Source of the DNA: Eubacteriales bacterium
GTDB taxonomy: Bacteria; Bacillota; Clostridia; Monoglobales; UMGS1388
Assembly (NCBI GenBank): GCA_029004515.1
Contig: JAQVYH010000002.1
Coordinates: 1 to 59,306 of the forward strand
Reading direction: 5' to 3'
DNA length: 59,306 nt
Shown: positions 47,826 through 58,145 of the stretch, one piece after another
How positions within the stretch are numbered: the first letter of the stretch is position 1
How the letters are laid out: every line of letters starts with the position of its first letter
Position numbers and translations under genes: made by a program
Notes under the pieces: model-generated
Told to the model about the DNA's origin: nothing
Databases searched by the model: none
Seen by the model: only the letters and a program-made list of their open reading frames with translations

Positions 47826-48425
47826 ATGGACTTTTATGCAGAGCCACTTGCAAGGCTTATTGAAAAATTTGCATCCTTGCCGGGTATCGGCGGAAAGACT
47901 GCGAAAAGACTTGCTTTTCATGTTCTTTCTTTATCCGTTGAACAGGCACAGGACTTTGCCGATACAATCGTAAATGCAAAAACAGGTATGAAATTCTGCT
48001 CTATTTGCCAGAATATGACTGATGGCGATGTGTGTGTGATTTGCGGTGATGACAGACGAGAAAAGTCTGTTGTTTGCGTTGTTGAGAATCCAGGCGATGT
48101 TATTGCTATGGAGCAGACAGGCGAATATAAAGGGTATTATCATGTTCTCCATGGAGCTATATCTCCAATGGACGGTGTGAACCCATCGGATATTAAGATT
48201 GCAGAGCTTCTTACTCGCCTTTCTGATGATACAGTCAAGGAAGTTATTATGGCGACCAATCCCAATATCGAGGGTGAGGCTACCGCTATGTATATTTCAA
48301 AGCTTATAAAACCCCTTGGGGTCAAGGTTACAAGGATTGCCCACGGTGTACCTGTTGGTGCAGACCTTGAATATGCCGATAAAGTAACTCTTACAATGGC
48401 GCTTGAAGGGCGCAGGGAGATGTAA
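47826..48425 (+). CDS. recR: Recombination protein RecR
   Basis: LPGIG.K.A.RLAFH HhH, C4 zinc finger C..C.....C.IC, Toprim VVE...D. Confidence 0.96.
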   Translation: MDFYAEPLARLIEKFASLPGIGGKTAKRLAFHVLSLSVEQAQDFADTIVNAKTGMKFCSICQNMTDGDVCVICGDDRREKSVVCVVENPGDVIAMEQTGEYKGYYHVLHGAISPMDGVNPSDIKIAELLTRLSDDTVKEVIMATNPNIEGEATAMYISKLIKPLGVKVTRIAHGVPVGADLEYADKVTLTMALEGRREM

Positions 48426-49682
48426 ATGGAAGAAATCAAAGAAGCAAAGGAACGAGTTGTCCTTGTTGGTGTTCATACCGGGGCGCTTAATCCGCTAGAA
48501 GATACAACTGAAGAATCAATGGAAGAACTTGCTCTCCTTGTGGAAACAGCAGGGGGCGAGGTTGTGGGCGAATTTGTCCAGAACAGACCAGGCATAGATA
48601 AGGGAACATTTGTTGGTGATGGAAAGCTTATAGAAATAAGAGATTTCTGTCAGATGAACGATGTTGATGCCCTTATTTTTGACGACGAGCTCACAGGCGC
48701 TCAGATAAGAAATATTGAGAGAGAAGTTAAGATTAAGGTAACAGATAGAAGCGCCCTTATTCTTGATATATTTGCTCAGCGTGCTCTTACTCGTGAGGGT
48801 AAGATTCAGGTTGAACTTGCGCAGCTTAAATATATGCTGCCAAGACTTACAGGATCATCAGCAAACCTTTCAAGGCTTGGTGGTGGTATTGGTACAAGAG
48901 GACCTGGTGAGACAAAGCTTGAGTCGGACAGACGACACATTAGGGGTAGAATCTTGACCCTTTCACAAAGGCTAGAAGAGGTTGTTAAGAATCGAGAAAT
49001 ACAACGACACGCGCGTAAGAAAGAAAACATCCCACAAATTTCAATTATTGGTTATACCAATGCGGGTAAGTCAACACTCCTCAATTATCTTACTGATGCA
49101 GGAGTGCTTGCGGAGGACAAGCTTTTTGCAACTCTTGACCCAACAGCTCGCAAGTTGACTTTAGAAGATGGCACCGAGCTAATCCTTGTGGATACAGTTG
49201 GATTTATCCGTAAGCTTCCTCATCATCTTATTAAAGCCTTTCGTTCGACCTTGGAGGAAGCGGCTTTAGCAGATGTGCTTCTCCACGTGGTTGATAGCTC
49301 ATCATCTTATTGTTGTGAGCAGATTGAAGTTACAAAAAAGCTTTTAGACGAGCTTGGCGCAGGCTCAAAGCCTGTTGTCACAGTGTTTAATAAAGCAGAT
49401 ATTGCGGATACATCTGTGCCTATGCCACCAGTTGAAAATGCTGTGTATATTAGCGCAAAAACAGGCAAAAATGTTGATAAAATGCTTGAAATTATCAAAA
49501 AAATACTTCCTGAAACTAAGATGAATCTTAGGGTGCTTATACCTTACGACAAGGGTGCACTTCTTGCCCCAATCTATGCTAATGCGGTGGTTAAGGGCGA
49601 GGAACACACAGAAGATGGAACATTACTTGAAATAATTATAGATAAAAAACTTTTCAGCATTGTGGAGGGGTATGTGCTTTGA
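48426..49682 (+). CDS. hflX: GTPase HflX
   Basis: HflX N-domain (ALILDIF..RA.T.EGK.QVELAQL), G1 GYTNAGKST, G3 DTVGF, G4 NKAD. Confidence 0.93.
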   Translation: MEEIKEAKERVVLVGVHTGALNPLEDTTEESMEELALLVETAGGEVVGEFVQNRPGIDKGTFVGDGKLIEIRDFCQMNDVDALIFDDELTGAQIRNIEREVKIKVTDRSALILDIFAQRALTREGKIQVELAQLKYMLPRLTGSSANLSRLGGGIGTRGPGETKLESDRRHIRGRILTLSQRLEEVVKNREIQRHARKKENIPQISIIGYTNAGKSTLLNYLTDAGVLAEDKLFATLDPTARKLTLEDGTELILVDTVGFIRKLPHHLIKAFRSTLEEAALADVLLHVVDSSSSYCCEQIEVTKKLLDELGAGSKPVVTVFNKADIADTSVPMPPVENAVYISAKTGKNVDKMLEIIKKILPETKMNLRVLIPYDKGALLAPIYANAVVKGEEHTEDGTLLEIIIDKKLFSIVEGYVL

Positions 49683-50296
49683 TGTACAAGACCGTAAAAA
49701 GTGCCGCTAATGCAGAGTTTGTGGAGAAGAAATCTAGATTTATCTCCCATGTATTGCCTGTTAAGACAGAGCAAGAGGCGCTTGATTTTATTAATCAGCA
49801 CAAAAGCAAATATTGGGATGCAACCCATAATGTATATGCCTATGTCCTTCGTGAGAATAACATTCAACGATACTCTGATGATGGCGAGCCATCAGGCACT
49901 GCAGGGGTTCCCGTCCTTGATGTAATTCGCAAAGAGGGTCTTTGCGATGCGGCTATAGTGGTCACAAGATACTTTGGAGGAACACTCCTTGGCGCAGGCG
50001 GACTTGTTCGTGCATATACCAAGTCTGCAAAGCTTGGTGTTGACGAGGCAGGCATTGTCACAATGAGTATGTGTGGAATCTATGAGGTGACTGTAGATTA
50101 TGACCTTTTGGGTAAAGCACAGAATACTATTGCAGAGCATGGTTCAAGGATTGAAAGCTCCGAGTACAAAGAAAATGTAGTTCTTGAGGTCGTTGTATCT
50201 CAAGAAGATGGATTTAAGGAAAAGCTTATTGACGCTCTTAACGGGCGTGTTAGAATAAACAAAACAGGTGAAAAGTTCTTGCCTGTTGAAAGGTAG
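49679..50296 (+). CDS. yigZ: YigZ / IMPACT-family protein
   Basis: KSRFI......HNVYAY......YSDDGEPSGTAG.P.L and RYFGG..LG.GGL motifs. Confidence 0.85.
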   Translation: MMYKTVKSAANAEFVEKKSRFISHVLPVKTEQEALDFINQHKSKYWDATHNVYAYVLRENNIQRYSDDGEPSGTAGVPVLDVIRKEGLCDAAIVVTRYFGGTLLGAGGLVRAYTKSAKLGVDEAGIVTMSMCGIYEVTVDYDLLGKAQNTIAEHGSRIESSEYKENVVLEVVVSQEDGFKEKLIDALNGRVRINKTGEKFLPVER

Positions 50297-50302
50297 AAGA
50301 AG

Positions 50303-50710
50303 ATGTTACTTTTTTCCGATAGCGAGGAAAAAACTGAAAAAATAGGCGAAGAGTTTGCCAAGGATTTACATAGAAATAGCGTTGTTGCGTTTTATGGTGA
50401 TTTAGGTGCAGGAAAGACCGCTTTCATAAGAGGAATCTGTCGTCACTTCGGTATCAATAGTGTCCACAGTCCTACATTTGGTCTTGTTAATGAGTATCAG
50501 GGCGAAATCCCCATCTATCACTTTGACGCATACAGAATCGATGCAGATGGTTGGTATGACTCCGGATTTGATGAATATCTTGATGCAGGGGGTATATGCC
50601 TTATTGAGTGGTCGGAGAATGTTGAATTACCGCCATGTAATGAGGTACATATTTCAGGTAGTGGAGATATGGTTCGTGAAATTGAGATCATTAAGGAGGA
50701 GCGCAGATGA
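50303..50710 (+). CDS. tsaE: tRNA t6A37 biosynthesis ATPase TsaE
   Basis: GDLGAGKT.F.RG and SPTF.LVNEY...IYHFD.YR motifs. Confidence 0.9.
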   Translation: MLLFSDSEEKTEKIGEEFAKDLHRNSVVAFYGDLGAGKTAFIRGICRHFGINSVHSPTFGLVNEYQGEIPIYHFDAYRIDADGWYDSGFDEYLDAGGICLIEWSENVELPPCNEVHISGSGDMVREIEIIKEERR

Positions 50711-51375
50711 ATATTTTAGCAGTTGATAGTTGCTCCATGGTTGCCACCTGCGCAGTAGTGTGTGGTGGCAAGCTTGTAAGTGAGGGATATGTGAATCATT
50801 CACGTACTCACTCACAAAAGCTCCTTCCTATGATAGATAATGTTATTAAAAGCGCAGAAATGACAGTAGCAGAAATTGACCTTTTCGTATGTACAGTAGG
50901 CCCAGGCTCCTTTACAGGACAGCGCATCGGCATATCTACTATAAAAGGTCTTGCACAGGGGCTTAATAAGCCTTGTGTTGGAGTGTCAGCTCTTGAATCA
51001 ATGGCATACAACATCCCATTTACCGATGGAATCATCTGTCCTATAATGGATGCAAGAAGGGGTCAGGTCTATAATGGACTATATAAATGGGAAGATGGCA
51101 AGCTTATAATAGTTGAGGCTGACCGCGCCCTTGCCCTTGATGACCTTCTTGAAGAGCTGAAAGGTAAAAAGGTTATATTTATGGGAGATGGAGTTCCTGT
51201 ATTTAAGGACAAGCTTGGTGATTTCCTTGTTGCACCGCCACACCTTTCGCAAATTCGTGGTGGCTCGGTGGCTATGCTTGGTATGGAAAAAGAGCCTGTA
51301 AGCTATGACAATCTGCTTCCGTTATATCTGCGTAAATCTCAGGCAGAACGAGAATATGATGAGAAGAATAAATAA
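50707..51375 (+). CDS. tsaB: tRNA t6A37 biosynthesis protein TsaB
   Basis: ILA.DS.......A.., GPGSFTG.RIG motif. 4-nt overlap with tsaE. Confidence 0.9.
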   Translation: MNILAVDSCSMVATCAVVCGGKLVSEGYVNHSRTHSQKLLPMIDNVIKSAEMTVAEIDLFVCTVGPGSFTGQRIGISTIKGLAQGLNKPCVGVSALESMAYNIPFTDGIICPIMDARRGQVYNGLYKWEDGKLIIVEADRALALDDLLEELKGKKVIFMGDGVPVFKDKLGDFLVAPPHLSQIRGGSVAMLGMEKEPVSYDNLLPLYLRKSQAEREYDEKNK

Positions 51376-51403
51376 AAATACATAATGAAAAGAGGTATTC
51401 GGT

Positions 51404-51892
51404 GTGGAAAGACGCGATAAAAACAACTATTATCTTGATATTGCAGAAACTGTTCTGGAAAGAGGAACCTGCCTTCGCAGAAACTTTGGTGCAATCATTG
51501 TAAAAAATGATGAGATTGTTTCAACTGGTTACACAGGAGCACCTCGTCAGCGTAAGAATTGTATCGACCTTGGATATTGCCGTAGAGAACAGCTTAACAT
51601 CCCAAGAGGTCAACGCTATGAGCTTTGCAGGAGTGTCCACGCTGAGGCAAACTGTATAATCAGCGCATCAAGAAATGCTATGCTGGGCGGAACTCTTTAT
51701 CTTGTCGGCAGAGATGCCCAGACAGGTGAGCTTGTTCCCAATGCATCAAGCTGTGCAATGTGTAAGAGATTGGTAATCAACGCTGGCATCGCAGAGGTTG
51801 TTATTCGTAACACTAAAGATGAATACATAGTCATCCCTGTAAGAGAGTGGATTTATAATGATGATTCGCTAGACGACACCCTCGGATATTGA
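51404..51892 (+). CDS. comEB: dCMP deaminase (ComEB family)
   Basis: Zinc motifs HAE...(I) and PC..C (SCAMC). GTG start after an AAAGAGG RBS. Confidence 0.87.
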   Translation: MERRDKNNYYLDIAETVLERGTCLRRNFGAIIVKNDEIVSTGYTGAPRQRKNCIDLGYCRREQLNIPRGQRYELCRSVHAEANCIISASRNAMLGGTLYLVGRDAQTGELVPNASSCAMCKRLVINAGIAEVVIRNTKDEYIVIPVREWIYNDDSLDDTLGY

Positions 51893-51976
51893 TTACGGCT
51901 AATAAAATAGCACAGACCGAGCAAAGCAATAGTAAATATTGTATTTATAGAGGAAAGGATTCACATCTGCGAATTC

Positions 51977-52182
51977 TTTTTTATTCCATTTGCTTTGCTC
52001 TTTGATCAAACCTCACCTCTCGGAGTACACTCGTACACCTTCGGGACGGGCTAAAGCCCTTTCGGTTTGACCAATTATAAAATTTGCTACAGCAAATGTC
52101 CAACTATAAGCATGAACGCAAGTGTTTGCGAAGCAAAAAGTGCGATAGTAAAGGCTTTAGCAAACTATTTCTTGTCCCTCGT
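51977..52182 (+). repeat. Family B intergenic hairpin-chain repeat, copy 2
   Basis: Alignable with 15262-15460 in the same orientation. Sits between the comEB terminator and a second hairpin plus T-run (52208-52240). Confidence 0.7.
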
Positions 52183-52298
52183 GCAAATGTAAAGAATAGA
52201 AGTGAGAACCTTGCTCAAACGGGCAAGGTTCTTTTTGATTATAATAAAGCAAAAAGGAATCTGTTATACTAAACAGATTCCTCAAATGGTTTTTGACT

Positions 52299-53333
52299 TT
52301 AAATATCTCTTTTCCTGTTTTGCTTACCCCAATGCTTATAGACGTCAATAGCAGGTTTATCTTTTAAGGTGAAACCCCTATTTCCTACTGCTCTAGGAAC
52401 CTGCTCTTCCCATTTCCACCAATATAGACCGTGCCACCAGTCTTCTTTCTCAAAGGTTTCGATTACTGTGCTTAAATAATTTACTTGTTCCTCACCTGAA
52501 TATTCCGAATTAACATCAAATCCTGATGGGGAAATAGCACCGCCTACTGATGATGTACATCCACATTCACCAAAGAAGATTGGCTTTTGATAAATGCTAT
52601 ATAAAGTTCTGAATCGCTCCAGTTGACTTTTATAATTCTCAAGCATATTTTCCTTTGTTTCGTTTGGTTTATCTGTTGCAGGGTGATAACAACTCAGAGA
52701 CAGCATATCCAAATCATAAAACCAATGGTTCTTATTTGCTAAAACATTCTCAAAGTCTATAATTCCTGTGTGGGTTGTGTGGCAAGAAGTAAGACATCCA
52801 CTATAAACCTCGCGAACCGCCTTGATAACCTGTTTCCACCCATCATTTTGCTCTATGGTTCGGTCAAGCTCACTATCAAGACAGTACATTTCGCATCCTG
52901 TAGCTTCGGCAATGCGAGCATAATTAACAGCACGCTTTGTCATACTTTCAAACCAATCCTGCCAATGGGTTCTGCTTTTAGCATATGGAATGCGATATCC
53001 GTTAGGGTCATCCCAAGGGAACCATATGTTAAGTCTGCCGCCGCCATCCAGGGTTTCAAGCATAGGGCGTAGCTGCACCTTCAAACCAAGACTATGCAGA
53101 TAGTCTATCATTTCTGCAACTTCAATATCATTTGGAGTTCCTTCGAAGTCTTTAAATTGGGTAGTTGAATAAAAATACTCCTGAAATACCGTAACAACAA
53201 GCACTACCCAATCCGCGCCTGATTCTGCTATTGCCTTAGCTTCTTGTTTTGCTTCGTCGCTACTGAACCAGCCATTCTTTGCACGGAATCCAAAAGTAAC
53301 GCCTAGTTGCCATTTGCTAAAATTATTATTCAT
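52299..53333 (-). CDS. TIM-barrel glycoside hydrolase (clan GH-A-like; possibly a GH113/GH5-type beta-mannanase)
   Basis: 344 aa with alternating beta/alpha signature. Candidate catalytic Glu residues in CLDSELD and FGECG. Adjacent to a GH2 beta-mannosidase. The family assignment is tentative. Confidence 0.55.
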   Translation of the reverse strand: MNNNFSKWQLGVTFGFRAKNGWFSSDEAKQEAKAIAESGADWVVLVVTVFQEYFYSTTQFKDFEGTPNDIEVAEMIDYLHSLGLKVQLRPMLETLDGGGRLNIWFPWDDPNGYRIPYAKSRTHWQDWFESMTKRAVNYARIAEATGCEMYCLDSELDRTIEQNDGWKQVIKAVREVYSGCLTSCHTTHTGIIDFENVLANKNHWFYDLDMLSLSCYHPATDKPNETKENMLENYKSQLERFRTLYSIYQKPIFFGECGCTSSVGGAISPSGFDVNSEYSGEEQVNYLSTVIETFEKEDWWHGLYWWKWEEQVPRAVGNRGFTLKDKPAIDVYKHWGKQNRKRDI

Positions 53334-53356
53334 AAGTGCTCATCTCCCAAGTGTAA

Positions 53357-55762
53357 TTATCTTAAATTATATACGGACTTGATTGTGATTTCTTCAATAA
53401 GTTCATCTGCTGATTTATCTGTTTCTGCTCTAATAATAATTGGCTCTTTTGATGCGATGTCAAAGTAGTTATCCGAGAAGATAAGGTCTGTTTCATTAAA
53501 GTCAATCTCAACACCCTTTGCATAAGTGTCGGAAGTAATGCTGAAAATAACCTCATTGCCCTTATTTTTTGCGGTAACCTTGATATCAGGCTTATGGAAG
53601 CCAAAAGATTTTGGCTTTGTAAAGAGGAGGGTTTGCTTTGAAACCTCATTATCATTTTCATCATAGTATGTTGCAACGACATATCTGTCTTCTTCAAAGC
53701 CCCCCAGATATTCTTCAAGCTCTTCCATAACTATATCCTTTGACGCCATCTTCTTGATGCTGAACTGCGTTGTGTTTGTATAGTAAACATTAAAGTATAT
53801 ATCCTTAACTTCAACAGTTACCTTACCTGATTTAGGCGTAAGAGTTTCATTGGAAATGTTGACAGAAACATCTTTACCCTCTTCGTGAATTGACATAAGT
53901 ACAGGTGCAAAGAATCTTCTTGCAGAATAGTGAAGAGCCTTCCATCTTCCATACCAGTCAACCGATGCCCATGATGCCACAGGCCAGCAATCATTAAACT
54001 GCCAATATATACCGCCCATACATCTGCCTCGGAATCTGCGGAAGTGTTCAATAGCATATTTCATAGCATCTGCCTGAAGAAGCTGTGATGCATATACAAG
54101 GTCTTCAAATCCTTTTATATAAAGGTAGTTTGCAGCACAGTAGGTGAGAATCTTTCCGTTACCACTTCTGCACTTCTGATGATTTTCCATAATCTTTGAG
54201 AAGATGTTCTTCTGGTCATCAGGACAGAAGGAGTTGATGGTCTTAATATTAGGGAACGACTCAAATCCAAATTCTGAACAGAAGCGGAAGAAGTGATTGC
54301 GATATTCTTCAAATGGTGCGTTTCCGTGCCATACTGTCCAATAGTGTACGTCACCACGGTTATCATCATTAGGATTAACAAATCCGCCACCTGATGATGG
54401 TGATGATGGCCAATAGAAGGTTTGAGGTGCATATTTTGCACTAATATCTGCAAGCAGGTTTTCATAAAGGCGGATATAATCGTCACGAACTAAGTCACTT
54501 TCGCCCATGTTGTCCCAATTCTTAACGCCTTCTTCCATCTCATTGTTGCCACAAAGAAGCCCTAGGCTTGCGTGATGTCTGATTCTCTTTACATTGTAGA
54601 TAGCTTCCTCTTTGACTGTTGCTTCAAAATCATCTCTCATACGGATGCATACGCAAGCAAACATAAAGTCCTGCCATACAATAAGACCGTACTTGTCACA
54701 AAGGTCAAAGAATTCATCTTCAGGATAGTATCCACCGCCCCATACTCTGATGGAGTTATAATTTGCCTTTACGCAGTCAAGAATTCTCTTTTCTGTAAGC
54801 TCTGGAGTAACTCTTGAAAGGATATTGTCCTGTGGGATATAGTCAGCACCCATTGAGAATACCTTTTCTCCATTAACCTTAAAGCAGAATTCGTTGCCCC
54901 ACTTGTCAGCATCCTGACTTATTGTAAGTGTGCGAAGACCAATAGTCTTTGTCATCTCGTCAACCTTTTCCCCCTTTATGTAAAGCTCAAACTTTACATC
55001 ATAAAGGTTCTGCTCGCCAAGACCATTAGGCCACCAAAGTTTAGGGTTATCAATAACAATTTTGCACTCGTTATACTTTGTTTCAACTGTCTGTCCGTCA
55101 ACTGATACCTTGCAGACAGCATCTTTATCACTACCCTTAAGCTCAAGTTTAATATCCAGAGTAACTCTGCCCTCATCATGGCTTTGGAGGATTAATGCGT
55201 TTTCAAGGATAGCTCCGTCAAAGGCAAGAAACTCCACATCCTTCCAAATACCCATATCAGGAAGCATTGGACCCCAGTCCCATCCAAACATATATGATGC
55301 CTTTCTTATGTGGGATGTACCTGACATTGACTCGGACGGATTCCATAAATGATGCTTATGCTGCATTTCGGCTATGTACTTACTGGGAGAACGGATATAA
55401 ACACAAATGGTGTTATCGCCCTCAATAAGATATGGCTTAATATCAAATTCGTACCTTCTGTGCATATTATCTGTCTTTGCAATGCGTCTGTCACCAATGT
55501 AAATATCACAAAGAGTGTCAAGCCCATTGAAGCGGAGGATAATATTTTCCTTGTTTAAAATATCCTTTGTAATGCTAAGGGTTGTATAGAACTGGCAATC
55601 CCTCTCACTCATAGGATTAGCCTTCCATTCATTCATACCATAGAAAGGGTCCTCCATAAGATTGTTATCTAGCATAATTGAGTAAAGTGAACAAGGAACG
55701 CTGCACTCTATTCCTTTTTTGTCTTCGTAGCTAAAAAACCAGTTGTTAATCTTCAATCCCAT
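53357..55762 (-). CDS. Beta-mannosidase (GH2)
   Basis: FGWDWGP..PD.GIW, GNNEMEEG (acid/base) and CSEFGFESFP (nucleophile) motifs typical of GH2 beta-mannosidases. The start is uncertain (ATG 55762 or TTG 55756, both near a GAGGTG RBS); the ORF-track start at 55822 is unlikely. Confidence 0.87.
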   Translation of the reverse strand: MGLKINNWFFSYEDKKGIECSVPCSLYSIMLDNNLMEDPFYGMNEWKANPMSERDCQFYTTLSITKDILNKENIILRFNGLDTLCDIYIGDRRIAKTDNMHRRYEFDIKPYLIEGDNTICVYIRSPSKYIAEMQHKHHLWNPSESMSGTSHIRKASYMFGWDWGPMLPDMGIWKDVEFLAFDGAILENALILQSHDEGRVTLDIKLELKGSDKDAVCKVSVDGQTVETKYNECKIVIDNPKLWWPNGLGEQNLYDVKFELYIKGEKVDEMTKTIGLRTLTISQDADKWGNEFCFKVNGEKVFSMGADYIPQDNILSRVTPELTEKRILDCVKANYNSIRVWGGGYYPEDEFFDLCDKYGLIVWQDFMFACVCIRMRDDFEATVKEEAIYNVKRIRHHASLGLLCGNNEMEEGVKNWDNMGESDLVRDDYIRLYENLLADISAKYAPQTFYWPSSPSSGGGFVNPNDDNRGDVHYWTVWHGNAPFEEYRNHFFRFCSEFGFESFPNIKTINSFCPDDQKNIFSKIMENHQKCRSGNGKILTYCAANYLYIKGFEDLVYASQLLQADAMKYAIEHFRRFRGRCMGGIYWQFNDCWPVASWASVDWYGRWKALHYSARRFFAPVLMSIHEEGKDVSVNISNETLTPKSGKVTVEVKDIYFNVYYTNTTQFSIKKMASKDIVMEELEEYLGGFEEDRYVVATYYDENDNEVSKQTLLFTKPKSFGFHKPDIKVTAKNKGNEVIFSITSDTYAKGVEIDFNETDLIFSDNYFDIASKEPIIIRAETDKSADELIEEITIKSVYNLR

Positions 55763-55879
55763 CACCTCAAAATGTGAAAAATAGTTTAAGGGAAGTATAC
55801 CATATAAAACAGGAAAATTCAACGAAATAAAATAATTATTGACAAATATTTCTTGTTATGATATATTAATTAATGTTTA

Positions 55880-56176
55880 AAGGTGATGACCGAGAACAAG
55901 TAGAAATAAGTGCAACTAGACTTTTATAGTCAAGAGAACTGCCGGGTGGTGCGAGGCAGATGAGGGAACTTGTTTTGAATACATCTCGTGAGCTGCGCAC
56001 CGAAAGGTCTTTTTGACCAAGTAGGCTGCGACGGGGGTGCCCGTAATAGCACCGGAGTATCTTACTTATGTCGGTAATGTACTCGTTGAGGTCGTTGTCG
56101 TGAGGCAATGATGAACTGAGGTGGTATCACGGGAAAACTTCTCGTCCTCTGATTTTATCAGGGGACGATTTTTTAT
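55880..56176 (+). promoter_or_regulatory. T-box riboswitch leader, tyrosine-specific (specifier UAC at 55980-55982)
   Basis: K-turn GUGAUGA/GUGA. Stem I with an AGAGA bulge and a GGUGCGA distal loop. Specifier loop UUUGAA-UAC-A. T-box sequence AACUGAGGUGGUAUCACGGG (56114-56133; UGGU matches a discriminator A). Terminator TCGTCCTCTGAT-TTT-ATCAGGGGACGA plus a T-run (56142-56175). Confidence 0.88.
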
Positions 56177-56233
56177 TGCCATTTACATCCCTTGATTATG
56201 ACAAATATACCTAAAAAGGAGTGATTTAAAAAA

Positions 56234-57745
56234 ATGGCTATTAAACTTATTATATTAGTGGTGTTCTTTGCGGTAACGATTGGCGTAGGCCTCTATTGTC
56301 GCAAGCACGCAACGGATGTTAAAGGCTTTGTACTTGGTGGTAGAAGTGTAGGCCCTTGGCTTACTGCTTTTGCTTATGGAACATCTTATTTTTCCGCAGT
56401 AATCTTTGTCGGTTACGCAGGGCAGTTCGGTTGGAAGTTTGGTGTAGCAGCAACATGGATTGGTGTTGGTAATGCTTTTATCGGCTCTCTTCTTGCGTGG
56501 CTTGTTCTTGGTAGAAGAACCCGCCTTATGTCACAAAAGCTAGATACATCCACAATGCCTGAGTTCTTTGGTGAGAGATTCCAGAGCAGAGCGCTTAAAA
56601 TCGGTGCATCACTTATCGTGTTTGTCTTCCTTATTCCATATACAGCGTCACTCTATAATGGACTATCAAGACTTTTTGAGATGGCGTTCCCAGTTGATTA
56701 TGGTACTTGTGTAATCATTATGGCTGTTCTTACCGGTATATACGTAATAGCAGGCGGATATATGGCTACAGCAATTAATGACTTTATTCAGGGTATAATT
56801 ATGCTTGTGGGCATCGCTGCCGTTATTGCAGCTGTCCTAACACAGAATGGCGGATTTTTGGCATCCCTTGATGCTCTTTCAAATGTTGAATCAGCAGTTC
56901 CGGGAGAATTCAGTTCGTTATTTGGACCTGCTCCGCTTGATCTTCTATTTGTTGTTGTTCTTACATCTCTTGGTACTTGGGGTCTGCCTCAGATGGTGCA
57001 GAAGTTTTATGCAATCAAGAGTGATAAGGATATTAGTAAAGGTACGATTATTTCTACAGTATTTGCAATTGTCATAGCAGGTGGATGCTACTTCCTTGGT
57101 GGCTTCGGCAGATTATTCTCCGATTCACTTAATGTTGTGAATGGTGTTCCTGCAGGTGGCTTTGATTCGATTGTTCCAACAATGCTTTCCGGACTTTCTG
57201 ACCTACTTATCGGCATTGTTATTATCCTTGTGCTTTCTGCATCTATGTCAACACTTTCATCACTTGTGCTTGCATCAAGCTCAACTCTTACAATAGACCT
57301 TATCAAGGATAATATTATCAAGAATATGTCCCAGAAAAAACAGGTTTTTGTTATGAGAATATTTGTAGTAGTGTTTATCGCAATTTCAGCAATTATAGCT
57401 CTTAATAAAGATAAACTTGGCTTTATTGCAGATATGATGGGTATCTCTTGGGGTGCTCTTGCCGGTTCATTCCTTGCTCCGTTCCTATTCAGTCTTTACA
57501 CAAAGAAGATCTCAAAGGCATCTGTTTGGGCTTGCTTTATCTTTGGTAGTGGTCTTATGATTGCCAATATGGTAGCAAGAGATATGTTCCCTGCGATTAT
57601 GCAGTCGCCTATCAATAGTGGTGCTATTGCAATGCTTGGTGGATTTATAATTGTTCCTATTGTAAGTCTTATTACAAAGAAACCTGATAAGAAGCTTCTA
57701 GAAGCTGCATTTTCTTGCTATAACGAGGATTTAAACGTTAAGTAA
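56234..57745 (+). CDS. Sodium:solute symporter family transporter (candidate tyrosine importer, given the T-box)
   Basis: 503 aa, about 13 TM helices. An SSF-like N-terminus (GGRSVGPWLTAFAYGTSYFSA). Directly downstream of the Tyr T-box. Confidence 0.85.
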   Translation: MAIKLIILVVFFAVTIGVGLYCRKHATDVKGFVLGGRSVGPWLTAFAYGTSYFSAVIFVGYAGQFGWKFGVAATWIGVGNAFIGSLLAWLVLGRRTRLMSQKLDTSTMPEFFGERFQSRALKIGASLIVFVFLIPYTASLYNGLSRLFEMAFPVDYGTCVIIMAVLTGIYVIAGGYMATAINDFIQGIIMLVGIAAVIAAVLTQNGGFLASLDALSNVESAVPGEFSSLFGPAPLDLLFVVVLTSLGTWGLPQMVQKFYAIKSDKDISKGTIISTVFAIVIAGGCYFLGGFGRLFSDSLNVVNGVPAGGFDSIVPTMLSGLSDLLIGIVIILVLSASMSTLSSLVLASSSTLTIDLIKDNIIKNMSQKKQVFVMRIFVVVFIAISAIIALNKDKLGFIADMMGISWGALAGSFLAPFLFSLYTKKISKASVWACFIFGSGLMIANMVARDMFPAIMQSPINSGAIAMLGGFIIVPIVSLITKKPDKKLLEAAFSCYNEDLNVK

Positions 57746-57781
57746 AAAGTTCTCTTGAAAAATCTTTATAGAAAAGTAAAA

Positions 57782-57806
57782 AGAGCCGATTCATCGAATC
57801 GGCTCT
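57782..57806 (+). terminator. Hairpin after the symporter gene (weak T-run)
   Basis: AGAGCCGATTC-ATC-GAATCGGCTCT perfect 11-bp stem, followed by CTTAC rather than a U-run. Confidence 0.45.
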
Positions 57807-58084
57807 CTTACATAAGGGATGGAATGAAAAAGATTATTAGCAACTTGTGCAAACACAGTATAACAAATATCAACACTTTACGCAAGATTAAAATTTGGTA
57901 AAAACGCAATAAAACTGTGTGCCAAAATTGTGCATAATGCACAAGGGACCGCTTTAAATAAAAAATAGTGCAACTTTATTTGGTCAAATTACAATAATAT
58001 TACGTGCGAAAAGCGACAAAATATACAAAAGCAGTCTGATGATTATAATTTTGGAAATTAACCCATTTATAGGTTAATATGATT

Positions 58085-58113
58085 TTGACAAATATGTGTA
58101 TTTATGTTATTAT
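58085..58113 (+). promoter_or_regulatory. Candidate tyrS promoter
   Basis: TTGACA, a 17-nt spacer, then TATTAT, about 30 nt upstream of the AAGGAAGG RBS and the ATG. Confidence 0.55.
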
Positions 58114-58145
58114 ACAAATAATAATAGTAAGGAAGGCGAGTTGAA

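Noticed and set aside
55866-56108. An 80-aa minus-strand ORF upstream of the symporter.
   Set aside because: It lies antisense within the T-box leader.
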